Assembly (NCBI GenBank): GCA_028534125.1 | Contig: CM052817.1 | Coordinates: 52,516,001 to 52,580,000, forward strand | DNA length: 64,000 bases | DNA from: Lama glama | Lineage: Eukaryota | Direction of reading: 5' to 3' | Part shown: piece after piece, positions 1 through 13,972 of the stretch | How positions within the stretch are numbered: the stretch's first letter is position 1 | Layout of the letters: each line of letters begins with the position of its first letter | Made by a program: the position numbers and the translations under genes | The notes under the pieces: model-generated | What the model was told of the DNA's origin: nothing | The model's input: the letters and a program-made list of their open reading frames with translations, nothing else | Database searches by the model: none

Positions 1-1276
1 GCAAGGAACCAAAATTGTTTTCACTTTATATTAGAAAACTGAGCAAAGATCATATCTTCTGTTTAAATTAAGATTACTTACTACTCAATAGAAATATACA
101 CTGCCAGAGGGATTATACTTTATTGCTTAAGAGAATTTAATACTTTTAATATATGCCAGTAAGTCTATTATGGTATACATATTTTAAAATTATCTCTAGA
201 TTAGTTTAAAAGTGGGTCAAACTTTCTCCCTAACCTATAATCTGCATATAGTATACTAAAACAAAGATTAAAACCATTGAAAGAAATTATATATTTAGAA
301 AACTTTATAAATATTTCTAAACCAGTGTAATCTAATTAGGGTTTAGTGCCTTGTTGGAGTGGTGGGAAAATTCTAATTAACTTCATGGTTCATATTTTTG
401 TTCCAGTCCTTCCTGTATTATCTCAGTTGCATTTTTTTAACTAACTGTAATAATTCATTTAAGTCTGATCCTCTATGAGAAAATTACTTCAAAATAAAAA
501 ATTCTAATGACTAGTCTCTCAGGAAGAATCTCTGATAGAAACATCTCCTAAAAGGTGAAGGGTGAGCTTAGTGTGCTGCTGTTGTATTGGATGATCTCTT
601 TGAATAATCCAGTCATCAGAATACAACTTGGATGAGACTGGTTATACTGAAAAGGAGAAAAAATATATATATATGAACCTCAACTAATTAGTTTCTGTTG
701 GATTACAAGATTGCTTTGCTCCAGTATTTTAAAATACATGCATTTTCCCAAGAATTGAGATCTGATCAGAACAGGTTATAACAGTGATAAGTTTCCATAT
801 AGTGTTTCAACCTAAAATATCTAAATCCATGCCAAAGGTTAATGTTTCACCCTTCAAAGCTGCAATCCATATAAGAAAGGAAGAGCTTCTAATGTATCAA
901 AAGAGACTAAAGAATCCTGGAATATAACAGATGGTAGAGAATTTATGGATAATCTTATCCTAACTTACAAATAGGTTCATTGCCCAAGACATTTCTAATT
1001 AGTTGGTGGTGACTGAATGGAGCACTGTGTGGACTGAGACAACTATAGGCTTCACAATAAGGAGTGTTTCAACTTATAAATAAATCCATTGGTTAAAGGA
1101 TGCAGTGAAGTTAACACTATTTAAAACCATGACCACATTCAAAGATTTACCAAATATTAAATAATATTGATATTACTTAGAGGCAAAACTATAAAGGGAA
1201 CTTATTCTATATTTAGTACTCTTTCTGCTTTGTTATTCTAGAATAAAAAGAACAATCTGAGTATATATTTTAGTAA

Positions 1277-1632
1277 AGTTAAAAGGTAAACAGGCACACT
1301 ACAATTTAAAAGAGTTTAATTGAGCAAATACTGAGCTGAATTGTGCAGCACCAAAACAAAAGTGATTAGGAGTGCTCCACCAACAGGAGGTAAGGGCAAG
1401 ATTTTTAAAATAAAAAAGACATGGAAGTAAAGCAAAGAAATTATTTAATTGATTGCAGTATAAGCAATTGCTATATTTGGAAAGCCTAGTTGGCTGTTTG
1501 TGATTGGTTGCTTTTAAGTTTCACTTTCTCAGATACAAGTGCATCGACTAGGTAAGTTTTGGTTTGCTTACACAGTCTAACAAGGCATTAGAACCACCTC
1601 ATTCTATGAGCTTCCTTGTTTAAATACGTTAG
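1277..1632 (-). mobile_element. ERV1 (MER4-group-like) 3' LTR
   Basis: LTR-like block directly next to ttctcccctttt (1633-1644), which reads as the polypurine tract AAAAGGGGAGAA on the minus strand and lies downstream of the env remnant on that strand. Confidence 0.6.
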
Positions 1633-1829
1633 TTCTCCCCTTTTGGTCATCCTCTCTTACATACAAGACTGATCAATAGCACCATTCTCAGTTACTATCA
1701 AGGTTAGGTTGTTCTTATCTTCTCACGTTAATTCATAGGTTATGATGACAGATCTATGGAAGGATTCTTTCTGCTTTTCATCTCATTGTTTGTTTCTCCA
1801 AGTGCAATGAGATCATGTGATGAACTGCT

Positions 1830-2145
1830 CATAGTTGTGAATACATATTTAAGACCCTTGAGAGAAGATAATGCACCACAGAGACTACAATAATGACTAT
1901 CAGGAGAATAATATCAACAGACTGAAGTATGCTCCATAGCCAGGGTCCCCAGGAACCAAACCGGTTGGTACCAAATTAGTTAAAGAACACATTTGAAGAG
2001 GCATCAACTTGTTTAAAACAATTGACTTACTTGTTTGAGTTTCTGTAATACCAGAGGTGTTGATCCAGTAGGTAATTGCTGTGTCATAGAGTCTTCTTTT
2101 TTCAGACAATAAGTAATCTAATGCAAATCTATTGTTTAAAATCAT
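1830..2145 (-). pseudogene. env: Degraded retroviral env TM fragment (gamma-type)
   Basis: ORF 1900..2145 reads LNNRFALDYLLSE...WINTSGITETQ, like the immunosuppressive domain LDNRIALDYLLAE...WINTSG. A shifted frame gives FGSWGPWLWSILQSVDIILLIVIIVVSVVHYLLSRVLN (membrane anchor). The CX6CC motif is lost. Confidence 0.8.
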
Positions 2146-4570
2146 CTTACTATCTCAATATAATCCTATGCCAAAGGGCCCTTTTTGGAGTAGTGTGTTT
2201 TGTTATCTTTCACTCTTCTTTGAAATTTCCCAAAGAAGTTTCTTAGTTTACAAGTTGAGTTGTTATATTGCTCCATCTCATTGACCCATTCTCTTAGTCC
2301 TGAGAATAGGTCAGTTCAGTTCAGTTATGTCTCATTTCAGGAGGTGGTATTAAGGTGAGATCCCAAAACTAGGTCAATTTGGTACAAGAAATTAGATTTT
2401 AATTTAATCTTATTTAATAAGAGGCATTCTGTGGAAATAAACAAATAAATAAATGTTAAGAGTTGAGGCAGACTACAAATCTCTGAGACAAACCAAGTTT
2501 ACCTCCAAATTTATATCCAAGTTGCTCTCTGAGTCTACATAATAGCTAACTGAGAAGACTTTTACTTTGAGCTCCTGATATTGGGCATCAACAGTTTTTT
2601 TTTTTGCAGTTTGAATGTCTCTGGTTATGTCACTGGGTGTGCTGGTAAAGTTTCTGAATGACCTACACAGCAACAGACACAAATATTGTCCATATATGTG
2701 CCATTCTGGTGATTTCTCTGAAGTTTACATCAAGTTCTCCAGTTTCAGTTTGCAGGGATTCAGGAAAAGGACAGTTTTTGTTCCTAGTGATTCTGAGCTA
2801 GAAATTTGAAGAAAATTAGAAACATTACTTTGGAGAGTTGTAGCCAGATACTGGAGGAAAATGGGAGAATTCAGACCCTAAAACACAATGAACAAGAGGA
2901 GAAATCTCCACAAGGGTATGTTACAGCTTTCTACTGAAACATATTTTTTTCTCTGTGCAATTAGAACAAATTCTAGAAAAGATAATCACAGTAAGAGTAA
3001 TTTGTTTGCAAAATAAGTATAGTCTCATTAAACTTGGTTTGATTATTTACACAATGGCAGCAAGAACAGTGATTTTATGTATATTCTCAGATGTGCTATT
3101 CTAGTTAAAACTTTGGTGGTATATATGGGGTTTTATTAGCTCCATAAAATTCACCCTAATTTTTAACACTGGTAATAAGGAATCTCAGATATTTAAAAGC
3201 CTCTTTAGGTGAAGAAGCCAAGTCAAGGACTTGCCCAACTGCATCCTGTTACAGGGAAAATAGATTTTTTTTGAACTTCTGCAAATGCTTGTTATGAAAA
3301 ATAAAAATACTCAATAACAGTTTCTGAGTTATGGAGGGATGAGATAAAGAGAAACAAATAAATATTCTATTTTTGTGTACAAAAGTTTATTTTGCCAAAT
3401 TGCTATAAACTATAGATAAAAGGAGAAAAAGGCTTCTTTAAATCTGGAAAATAAAACACTGAAGAACTAGCAATGTTTTAAACAATGTCATAAAAATTAT
3501 AATCAACCTCATTAGTTCATTCAGTCCCGTGTAATTAATTATTCATTAATACTTGCTCTTGGGTTAGCAGTTTTATGAATCCAAAGTTTCTCCATTAGAG
3601 TTCAGAAAATTATTACCTAGTTCATTGCTATAATCTTAAACTTACCAGAAACCTGTACTTGTCAGCTGTTTTCGTGAATCTCTTTGAAGAGAAAGCACTT
3701 TTGGAAAAATATCAGATAAAACAATAACTCTCTATAAATATCAAAAGACTTAAAAGCTGCCATGATTGAAGGTCTAATGAGAGTTCATTACAACACAATT
3801 GACAAGGAAATGGCATTATTTCTGTGACACAGATTTTAAGACATAACTAGAATTATGAGTGGTAACATTATGCCAGGACACATCAGATTACTAGACTTCC
3901 GTAATAATTTCTGAAATACTTACATTAATAATATAAATACATTCAACTATAACCTAAAGAAAGCTTAGCATCCTTTCTTATTTTAAAGTTTTCCATTTAA
4001 CCTAATATATATCAAATAAGCCTAATCAGTTTAATGCCTCTGTTTTATAAAGAGAGAGAAAATATCTTTTGACATGCCCCAAGGTTCCTCTTGAAAATCC
4101 CCAAATCAGTTTGAAGTCAAAAAGTTTTCATTTAGAATTGGATTATGGAAAGTATGTAAAAATATATAACCAAAAGTTTAAATATTTGATTAAATATGAT
4201 CTTGGTTATATATTCAACCAAACTGACTAAGATATTGAATGCAAACACAGAAAGTTTCACAGTTGTAAAATGTTAGTTCCTGTATAAACCCTTAGTTCTG
4301 TCAATAGTGAAGACTCAGTTCTCTCAAGTAATCAAAGACATGATAAAAACAAAACAAAAACAGGAAATTAATTTGGTTAAGACACAAAATCCTTGCTTTC
4401 TAGGTAGACTGCTTAATGGGTAAAGAAAAGAATCTTTTATAATCTCTTATTAAGTGAATATCAAAAGTCCAAATATTTTATCATTTTAATGAATGAAAGA
4501 GAATTACATTTTAAATTTTCATAGGCAAACTATTGCTATTAAAGTTTATTTAAAAACACCCTATAACAAA
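2146..4570 (-). mobile_element. ERV1/MER4-group non-autonomous internal sequence
   Basis: AT-rich non-coding sequence contiguous with the env fragment and LTR, resembling MER4-group internal regions; it ends where the L1 begins at ~4575. Confidence 0.5.
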
Positions 4571-4571
4571 T

Positions 4572-6053
4572 TCATTCAACATAGTACTGGAGTCCTAGTC
4601 AGAGTAATAAGGCAAGAAAAAGAAGTCAAAAAATCAAAGATATCCAAATTGGAAAGGAGAAGTAAAACTGTCTCTGCTGTAGATGATATAATCTTATGCA
4701 CAGAAAATCCTGAAGACTCAACTAAAAAAACTGTTGATCAACAAACCCAGTAAAATTGCAAGATACAAAATCAATATACAAAGTGTGTTACAATTCTATA
4801 TGCTAACAACAAACTACTGGAAAGAGAAATTAAGAAAATAATCTCATTTATAATATAATCAAAAAGAATAATATACTTAGGAGCACATTTAACCAAAAAA
4901 GTGAAAGATCAGCACACTGAAAATTATAAAACATTTATAAAAGAAACTGAAGAAGACACAAATAAGTGGAAAGATATCTTGTGTTCATGGATTGGAAGAA
5001 TTGATATTGTTAACATACCCATACCAGCCCAAAGTCATCTATAGATTCAATGTAACTCCTATTAAAATTCCAAGGGCATTTTTTCAGAAATAGAAAAGAA
5101 ATTTTAAATTTTGCATGGAACACGAAAGACTCAGTAGGTAAAAAAATTCTTGAGAAAGAAAAACAAAGCCAGGGGTACCTCACTTCCTGACTTCAAAATA
5201 TATTACAGAGCTATAGTAGTCAAAACAGTATGGATTTGGACTAAATACAGACACACAGATCAATGGAACAGAATAGAAAGCCCAGAAATAAATCTGCATA
5301 TATATGGTCAGTTTATGACAAAACAACCAGGAATATACATTGGGAAAAGGATAAACGTTTCAATAAATGGTGTTGGAAAAATTGGACAGCCACAAGCAAA
5401 AAAAGAACAAGAAAAAAGAAACTGGATCCCTATCTTACACTATACCCCCAAATCAACTCAAAAGTGGATTAAATTCTTAAATGTAAGACATGAAAACATA
5501 AAACTCCTAGAGGAAAACATAGAGATAAGCTCCTTGACATCAGACTTGGCAATGATCTTTTTGGATTTGGCACTAAAAGCAAAGGCAACAAAAGCAAAGA
5601 TTAAAAAGTGGGATATATCAAACTAAAAAGCTTCTTTACAGCTAAGGAAATCATCAACAAAATGAAAATGCAACCTATAGAATGGGCAAACATTTTTGCA
5701 AGCTATCTGCCTCACAAGGGGTTAATATAAAAAATATACAAGGTACACATACAATTCAATAGCAAAAACAAAGTAACAAACAAATAACCCAACTGAAAAA
5801 TAGACAAAGTACTTGAATAGATATTTTTCTAAAGAAGACATACTGATGTTCAACAGTTACATGAAAAGATTCTCAACATCACAAGTCACCAGGGAAATGC
5901 AAATGAAAACCACAATGAGGTATCACCTCACACCTGCCAGAATCGTTATTATCAAAAAGACAAGAGATAACAAATGCTGGCAAGGATGTGGTGAAAATGG
6001 AGCACTTATGTATCTTAATGAGAATATAAACTGGTATTACCATCAAGGAAAAT
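4572..6053 (+). mobile_element. L1 ORF2 3' part (RT to C-terminus), truncated, frameshifted
   Basis: ORFs give VLVRVIRQEKE, AVDDIILCTENP (FADD motif), [44 protein letters not shown] and NKCWQGCGE. Confidence 0.95.
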
Positions 6054-8094
6054 GAAGAGGTGGCAACTTACACATCAGGGATACTTAGGCAATTAATATT
6101 GATTCAATATTTTGCAGGGCATTTTGTAATTCACTGTCAGCTAGCATTTTCTTGTAGATGGAGCTGCATAAGTAAATCTTACCATAACATAGCAATAACC
6201 AACTTGTTACATGGATTATAAAAGTCAGTAAGTGTGACATGCAGTTGCTCTTTGCATCAGGCTGGGCCTGTGTTCTCTCTTTTGTTAGTTAATTAATTAA
6301 TCTCATTTTAAAAATAGGTGTGGTAAAGATACTGAACAGCACTGGAAAGATAGAAAAATTTGAGAGAGATTTTAGAGAGAGATTTATATATTATGCTTGA
6401 AGAATTATATATTTCTAAATTTCAGAGACATGTATATCAAATCAAAGAGTGTATGTATCTTTAAATAGTCACATATGTTAAAGCTGTCTACTTTCTCCTT
6501 ATTCTGTGGATGTATGCAAGTTGGCCATACCTGTGTAGCATTTTGTTAATCTCAGGTCCCCACTCAGTAATGTATTTTCTCTTCTCTAAAGGAACAGTCA
6601 CAGAGTTTCAGTATTAAATCTATTATTTACAAACTAGTTTAATGGCATCATAAAAACATTCACAAAATAGCATGAAAAGGTCAGCTATAAACTGGCTAAA
6701 TCTTCTTGCCTTTTAAATATATGGGTGACCAGCATATACCCAAAAGCTCTGAGTTTGAAAATTAGCTGCTGAGCATGCACTGCAGTTAATTTTCCTAGCT
6801 GTTTAAATATGATGAATCAGCAACATAATAAACCATACCTCTGCATAATAAACCCTACTTTGATGCAAATCAATAGGCAGTAGGGCTGTATAAAAAGAAA
6901 CTAAATACATGGAAACTGTAAGATACTTATGAATAGCCAGAGCATGCATGCATCACAAAATTAAATCATTTTTGATATGAATGTTGGAGCAAACTAGAAA
7001 TAGCTAACTGTATTACAAATAATATAAAACAAATATAAGACAATCAAGTAGGACTAAGATAATAGGAGCCCAACACCATCACATGGTTGTTTCCTAGGTA
7101 ACCAGACAGTAGAATAAAAACATCTCAAACAGTCAAAACTGCAAGCACCATAATTTTAAAAATGCTTTTGTACTTAAATTTTTATTGATCCACAAGAACA
7201 AAATTCAATTTAAATAAAACCTAGAGATAGGAAAAAAGAGAGTTATCCCATACTGTATCAACACATTACTCCAGAAGTAGTAGTTACTGCCTGTTAGTTT
7301 TTGTAGGTTAGATAATCTGATGAATTTGCCTTAACACACATTCATTTTCTGGTTGGTCGAATTGAATTGAAAAGAAAATGCCATGAAAGTAAAGCTATCG
7401 CTAATTCTTCTCTCTCCAACCTTCTTAAATAATTCAGTCTTCTGAGCAACTTTAATATTAAATTAAATAATCATTGGAATGCTGGATGTAGCACAGAAAT
7501 TGTTGCTGCTTTTGATATACGTGTGTTCTTAATAGATTTGAATGACTTCAGTGTTAGCTGAAAGACTGGTGAATTTTAAGAACCTCAAATAAAAGCTGTG
7601 CTGGATAAAGCACCAAATTACAAAGGGCTGAGTCACAAGAGTGCTGTATTCTGTCTTAAAATGTCCCCTTTTATTATTTTATAACAGAAAAGCATTTGAT
7701 TTTGTAGTGCTTTCCCCTCCTCAGTGGTAGAATATATATCAATAACAATATCTGCCAATTGCTTGTTTATACAAAGGAAAAACAAATCAAAGGGAATGTT
7801 GTTAGTTTGCACTTTTTATTCATTCTTAATTTATTCTAAACTTTTAATTCTGTTTCACCTCATGCTCTTGTGTGTTCAAGACACTCCACTGTGTAGTCTG
7901 GGGTACACAGAATTACCAGAAGTATACCTATTTTATGTTTTGGCAATAACTGATCCAGATACTTTCTTCCAATGAAACTCCTTTTTTCTCTTTAATATTG
8001 TTTTGTAAATGTACTCTAATGCAGGCTATTACACTGAATTCCTAAATATGTAATGGGTGATAATATGATAATGTTATTTCTCTAGTAAAACATA

Positions 8095-8173
8095 ACATAA
8101 TCACTTATTCATTCATGTCTTTGCCAGACTTTGATTACCTAGCCTGTGGAAGGTACTATGCCAGATGATGGGG

Positions 8174-8204
<31 letters not shown>

Positions 8205-8290
8205 TGTGTGTGTGTCTGTGTGAGTGACTATGACAAAGTAAATCCCATTAAGCAGCCTTGTCTTGTGGAAATTTTTACTATTAGCAGAAA
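8095..8290 (-). mobile_element. L2 3' end fragment
   Basis: cacttattcattcat...ttgattacctagcctgtgga...gactatgacaaagtaaatcc...ccttgtcttgtgga pattern. Confidence 0.45.
8175..8222. repeat. (TG)n microsatellite
   Basis: Directly visible. Confidence 0.95.
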
Positions 8291-11200
8291 CTACACCTAG
8301 ATTATTTCTATTCCTCTCATACTAACACTTTAGCATAAATGCCATCTTTATGTTGCAAATGAGAAGGCAGAGAATTAAATAACTCAGCCATTGTTAATTT
8401 GGAGAGCAAACAAACAAATCAACCAGATATGTCTCTCATGGCTTTTACACCTAAAGGAAAACAAAACATACAATCAAGTAAGAAAAAAACAAAACAAAAC
8501 CCCAGATATACCATGCAAGTAGAACCTCAGAGGAAATACCTGATTCAGAAAGCATTTGTAGACTTAATTTCCAGTCCTGTGAGAGATCAAGTGTATTCAA
8601 CACGGAGATAAACATGTTTTTTCTTATCTCAGAATTTTAGATAAAGCCACACAATTAGGGAAAATAAGCAATTAGCTCCTCTTTATCTCAAAGAGAGTGC
8701 TAAGAAACTGCAGTTCAGAGCTCCAGTGCTTATCATAAAGTGACCAAATTGAAAATCTTTAACTCTCACTTCACTACCAGAACCAGCCCATATAAAGAAA
8801 AATCTGGAAATTCAAAGGGAAGTTCTATATTTTGTTGGCCTGAGTTTTTGCTTCCCTTCACATTGGTTCAGATGAGGATGGCTCAATGCTATCTGCTCTT
8901 AGAGAATTTTCTTGTCTAGATGAACAGGCATTTGCTATCGCTTTTCCCTCTTGGATTACTAGAAAGCTAGAGAAGCCAACAGGCACACCCAAATGTAGTG
9001 AGGTAGCAGATGAAAGAAAGTTTTTAGAAGAGTTTGATGTGTGTGCCTTAGAATAGAGAGACAGAAAAACAGATTCATGATTTTCACATGAAGAATCCAG
9101 AACATAAAAACATGCCTCGCGTAACCCATGAAAGCTGGAAGAAAAGAAAAAGCAGTTGCACAACTACTAATTCTGGCATCACTTGGTATGGCAAGGAGTA
9201 GTCTCCTGTGGGCTTTCGCTTTGTTGACGTATGATCCCTGGAGCTCCTGCATCCCCATCACAGTATGCTCACCCCTTCTTCCTGGACCTTTTACATCTCC
9301 TCATATTCCAGAAATTAAAGGGGCAATAAATTGCTGCTCCTTCCAGCATAAGGATTATGAAACAAAACCAGAAATGTTCTTTATTTCACTGTTTAACACA
9401 ACCCAGATATATACTGGGGAAGAGCCAATGTAAATCAAGGGTTATGTATTGCTAAGAACTCTGTCAAACTGTTATTTTTCTTCAGGTAAGAGGAATTTTT
9501 TCAGGTATATACCAACAGGAAAAATACCATGCAGCTCTGACTTTTTCCTGTTTTCAATCCAGGCTGTGCAATATTGTTTTCTTCTCTTCCTGTACAAGGA
9601 TTTTGACAATTCTTTAAGTCAGTGCATTCATTCATTATAGCTATAATTAGATCTCTCATTTAAATAATATATCATCAGAATTACAAAAATCATGTAATAA
9701 TATTTGAATGATAATTGACTAAATCATAGTTACCTCTGCTAAAGATGACAATATTAAAATGTCACATTTATTTGAATTATCTAGATTTTTATTTGCATCT
9801 AATCCTCATGCTGTTATTTATCTGATTTTTATAATGAAAACTGATATATTAATGAATTATAGTTAAGGCATTCAATTCAGAAGAAATAAGAATATTTCAT
9901 TCACCATTTTACATACATTTATCTCCTTATTTATTGAAAAATATGTGTAAAAATAGGGCAGTTTCAGAAATACTGGTTGAAACCAAGGGGTGAGCTAAAA
10001 AGTTTAGACTTTGAAGTTGTAAGTGATTAAAATTTAAAGAGTAAGATACGAAATTCTGAAAAACTGAGAATATTGAAAAACACAAAATATTCAGTCGGTA
10101 TAAAACATAACTTATTTTTACTCAAATATGCCTCTAGTACAACTGAATGTACAGTCATATTGTGATTAAACTTACAAAAACTGGTTGCATTGTTCATTAT
10201 TTCATAGTGCAGAATCATTTCAACAGAAGTAAAGAAAATATTTTGTTAATCTCATGCATAACCAGAATAATACCAAATTGGAAAACTGATTTTTTTTACT
10301 GATTAACAAATTAAATGTCCATTTTTGGCATCAAGTAAACATAATTGCAATTTAAACATAAGATTTAAATAAACTGAAAAACATGCATGCAGTTATGAGA
10401 ACTTTTATATTTTGACATGTTTCTCTTGATTCTTTTCAATGGGAAGGGAAGATAATTGATTTGAGAAGAGTGAGTTTGAAATGTGTTTAAAATGTTTGAA
10501 TTGTGTTGCCCAGGCAAGCAGCACAAGGTAAACTCTCTTTCAAGGACCTTCTGATAATATTACAAATACAGTTTCAAAACTAGGGATCTAGAATAAAGGG
10601 AAATGATCCCAAGAAATGATTGAGTTTGTTTTCTGAGAGAAGGGTACTATTGTTTTATGCACTATTTTGTAATTTGGCATAAGAAATATAGTAAGACTGT
10701 ACTTCTTCAACTAAGTGAAAATTAAATTGAAGTAATGGTTAGTTTATACTTTTTTCACAGATTCCTAGTGGCACCAACAGAACAACTTTAAAAAGGCTTT
10801 GAGGGTCTTCTTAAGACCAAATCATTTTCTTGAACAGTTTCCTTTTCTGTTGTTCTGTTTCTCATGATCTTATACTTTTTTTGCTATCCATGGTACAACA
10901 TTTAGACTAAAGGGGAAATGACATTGCACCAAAGATTCTATGCCTTAATGTTATAATCCAAGTGAAAGAAGTTATTCAAGCAAACCAGTCAATTGTAACA
11001 CTTTTATTACACTCTGAGATTAAAACCTAAGAGTAATAGATTTTTATTAAGTTATAGCTTCTAATTATATATATATTCAGGAGTGGTCAAGACTTGCAGA
11101 ATCCTATCATGCATACTTTTAATTCTTGTCTTCTATTCCCAATAGTAAGAGGGATGTTTTAAAGTTAAAACTCTATTAAAACAGCAAATTTCAAAATCTT

Positions 11201-11349
11201 GGAAATTTGAACTCTGAATAAAAATGTTAACTTAGGCAGATATCCGGCATACTATGAAAAAGATAGGTCATCTAACTGCAGAGATTCTGTGTCTACAGAT
11301 ACCAATTTTTAAAAATTACACATAATTTGTTGCATTCATATATTAATTA

Positions 11350-11525
11350 CTAATAATAGTAGTCACAGCTAACACTGATTTTGTTATTTTTATGTGTCAG
11401 GTATTAATGCTGAGAGCTTTGTACACATTTAAGTTGCTGTCAAATTCTTATGAAGACGCATGTAGCTGGCATTCACACCCAAATCTGTTTATCTTTAGAG
11501 TCAGCGTCCTCAACCACTACACCAA
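11350..11525 (-). mobile_element. MIR SINE fragment
   Basis: taataatagtag..cagctaacactg..tatgtgtcagg..ctggcattcacacccaaatctg..cctcaaccactac. Confidence 0.6.
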
Positions 11526-11674
11526 AGTGAATTAAAATATGAAAGTAAGCTTTCTTGGCCTGGTGATCTGCAAAAACCAAATAAATTAAGCTAACTGTTC
11601 CAGAAAGCACGTTATGCTGGTTATTGCTGGCAGGGTTCCCTGTTTTCTTTTTGTCAGGTTAATGCTACACACTC

Positions 11675-12077
11675 TGTCCAAGTCCAAGTTCCCTGGAAAT
11701 AGAATCAGAGAAAGAGATTTGCATGAACAAAGTTTATTAGAGTACTCTTAGCAACCATATTTATGAGGTAGTAAAGGAAGCAGAGTGGAACAGAGACACA
11801 TTGAACTCTGAAGTAATTACAAATCAGGTTCAGCCAATACCCCAGGGAAACTAGCAGCTGGTAGGCCATTCAGAATTGTCCCAATTGAGCCCAGGGGCTC
11901 AAATGTTTATAACTTCATATAAGCCAGACTCTAGACTGTGGTCCACACCCAAAGAGGTATGCTTGAGTGAGGCTGCTTTCTTTCACGAAGGGCAATCTCC
12001 AGTGTAAGAAGTAGGTTTGAGTTCACAGAAGCCAACACACTAGAGGAGATGTGGGAAGCACAAAGCCACATCCACTT
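11675..12077 (-). mobile_element. LTR16-like ERVL solo LTR
   Basis: gagatttgcatgaacaaagtttattagagtactc...gaagcagagtggaacagag...ttgaactctg matches the reverse of the recalled LTR16 consensus. Confidence 0.65.
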
Positions 12078-12739
12078 AACATTTGCAAAAAGTCAATTTT
12101 GGAATGCTTGCCCATTCACAAGATGTACCACAAAGTTCTTTCTAATAATCTTTCTAATTATATCTTTCTAAACTTATGTCACCAAAATAGAGTAATTATT
12201 CTATTAGGCAAGCTATAATTTATACTAAAAAAATGAATTCACTAATTTTTCTATTGGATATTCTAGACAATTTGACAGTATAAGACTTCCAGTACTTGGT
12301 ATCGACCCTGAACCTTCAGTATATAAAATTGTGTGTTTAAAAAATGTAAAAATGTGTGTAAAAAATGTTTAAAAGAGCATTTTAAAAAATGTGATAACTT
12401 TTCTGAATCTGAAAAAAATTAAATAGATATTTTCTCTTATTTTGAGTTTAGATCAATCAAATATTTAAATTTTATGATGAGATTTAGTTTACTTAAATCC
12501 AATATTTTGGTCTAAAATACCAAGTTTTTGTTTGCCTGTTTGTTTTTCCTCAGATTTCTAGGAATTTTTTCTATTTAGGTCAAAAATTTTCAGTTTGTCA
12601 TTAAAACCACCTAGATGCACCAGAATATATGAAACATCTATCCACAAGTTGACCTACTGCATCAAGTCACATTTCAAAGCTATCTGATTCATTAAACACT
12701 TTCATTATTTTTTAATGTTGATATTAAATGCTACTGACA

Positions 12740-13050
12740 CTTCATGTTCCTATAAAGCTGTTTTTCCACCAGGAAAGACAGCTAATGACAGATGTGGCTA
12801 CAAACCAGTCATTAAAATTGGTGTCTAAAGGCAAAGGCCTTGAGTAAAAAGACAGCCTTTTCCAGCAAATATTGGCTTCAGAATTCCCCACTGGCATGAC
12901 TAAAGCATGAGGTTGGGCCTGCATCATTTCAACTTTTGGCCCTATGCAATCCTGCTTTCTCACCTTTTATGTGTGTTGATTTTTAACAAATACCTTTTAC
13001 CTCAAACTCCTTGTCAGCATCAATTTCCAAAAAAAAATCCGAGATGCAAT
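12740..13050 (+). mobile_element. LTR16-like ERVL LTR fragment
   Basis: gcatcatttcaacttttggccctatgcaatcctgctttctc...tgtgttgat...caaactccttgtcagcatc. Confidence 0.6.
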
Positions 13051-13218
13051 ACCATTTATGTTCATATATTTGCATGATATATATGTATATATATTTACAT
13101 ATATACATATAGGTACAGTAAGATAAATATATACATTAGATACTTAGATTACTAGACAGATTTATTTAGATGTATAGATATTTACCTAACAATAGTTATG
13201 TCTAGATAAAAGAAGCAT

Positions 13219-13972
13219 CTGGGAGGCAAAATCCTAATGGTCCTCAATGTTCTTGTCCCTTGTACATATGCCCTATATAATCCCCTCTTCTTGAGAGTGG
13301 GAGAACTTATAAATATGATGGGATATCACTTCCAAGGTTATGTCCCAAATCAGTTGATTTGAGTCAATCAAAAGAATTGATCTAGTTTAATCAAGTGATT
13401 CTTTAAAAGGGACAAAGTATTTCCTGAAGGAAGAATTGAAGCATAAGAGAAATTCTGCTGCTGGTCCTGAAGAAGTAAGTTGTGGAGTTGTGAGGGCCTC
13501 TGGAAGAGGCCACGTGAAAGAAACCTAAGAGTGGCCTCTAGGAACAGTAGTCCCTGTTGACATTTAGCAAGACAAGGAAGGCATCAGGCCTACATGAAGA
13601 AAACACATTCTCTCAACAACCTGAGGGAGTTTAGGGTGGATCTTTCCCTAGTTAAGCCTCCAGGTTAAACTCAATCAACTGATACCTTGATTTCAGCCTA
13701 TGAGACCCTGAGCAGAGAACTCAGTTTTAATATCCCAGAGGCCTGACCCATAGAAACTGTGAGATAATAGTTTTTTGTTGTTTTAATCTACTAAATTTCT
13801 AGGTTAAACTCAATCAACTGATACCTTGATTTCAGCCTATGAGACCCTGAGCAGAGAACTCAGTTTTAATATCCCAGAGGCCTGACCCATAGAAACTGTG
13901 AGATAATAGTTTTTTGTTGTTTTAATCTACTAAATTTCTAGTAATTTGTTACACAGATTAGAGAACTAATAT
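13219..13972 (+). mobile_element. MLT1E-like MaLR solo LTR containing a 139-bp tandem duplication
   Basis: ataatcccctcttcttgagagtggg..aatatgatgggatatcact; 3' gagaccctgagcagag..cccatagaaactgtgagataat..gtaatttgttacacag..aactaatata. Confidence 0.85.
13662..13939. repeat. Perfect 139-bp tandem duplication
   Basis: 13662-13800 is identical to 13801-13939. Confidence 0.95.

Noticed and set aside
8858..9433. Three overlapping ~100-aa ORFs on both strands
   Set aside because: No recognisable protein motif and no supporting exon series; consistent with chance ORFs in slightly GC-richer unique DNA.
11675..13050. Two LTR16-like LTRs as the ends of one provirus
   Set aside because: They are in opposite orientation with no internal retroviral sequence between them.
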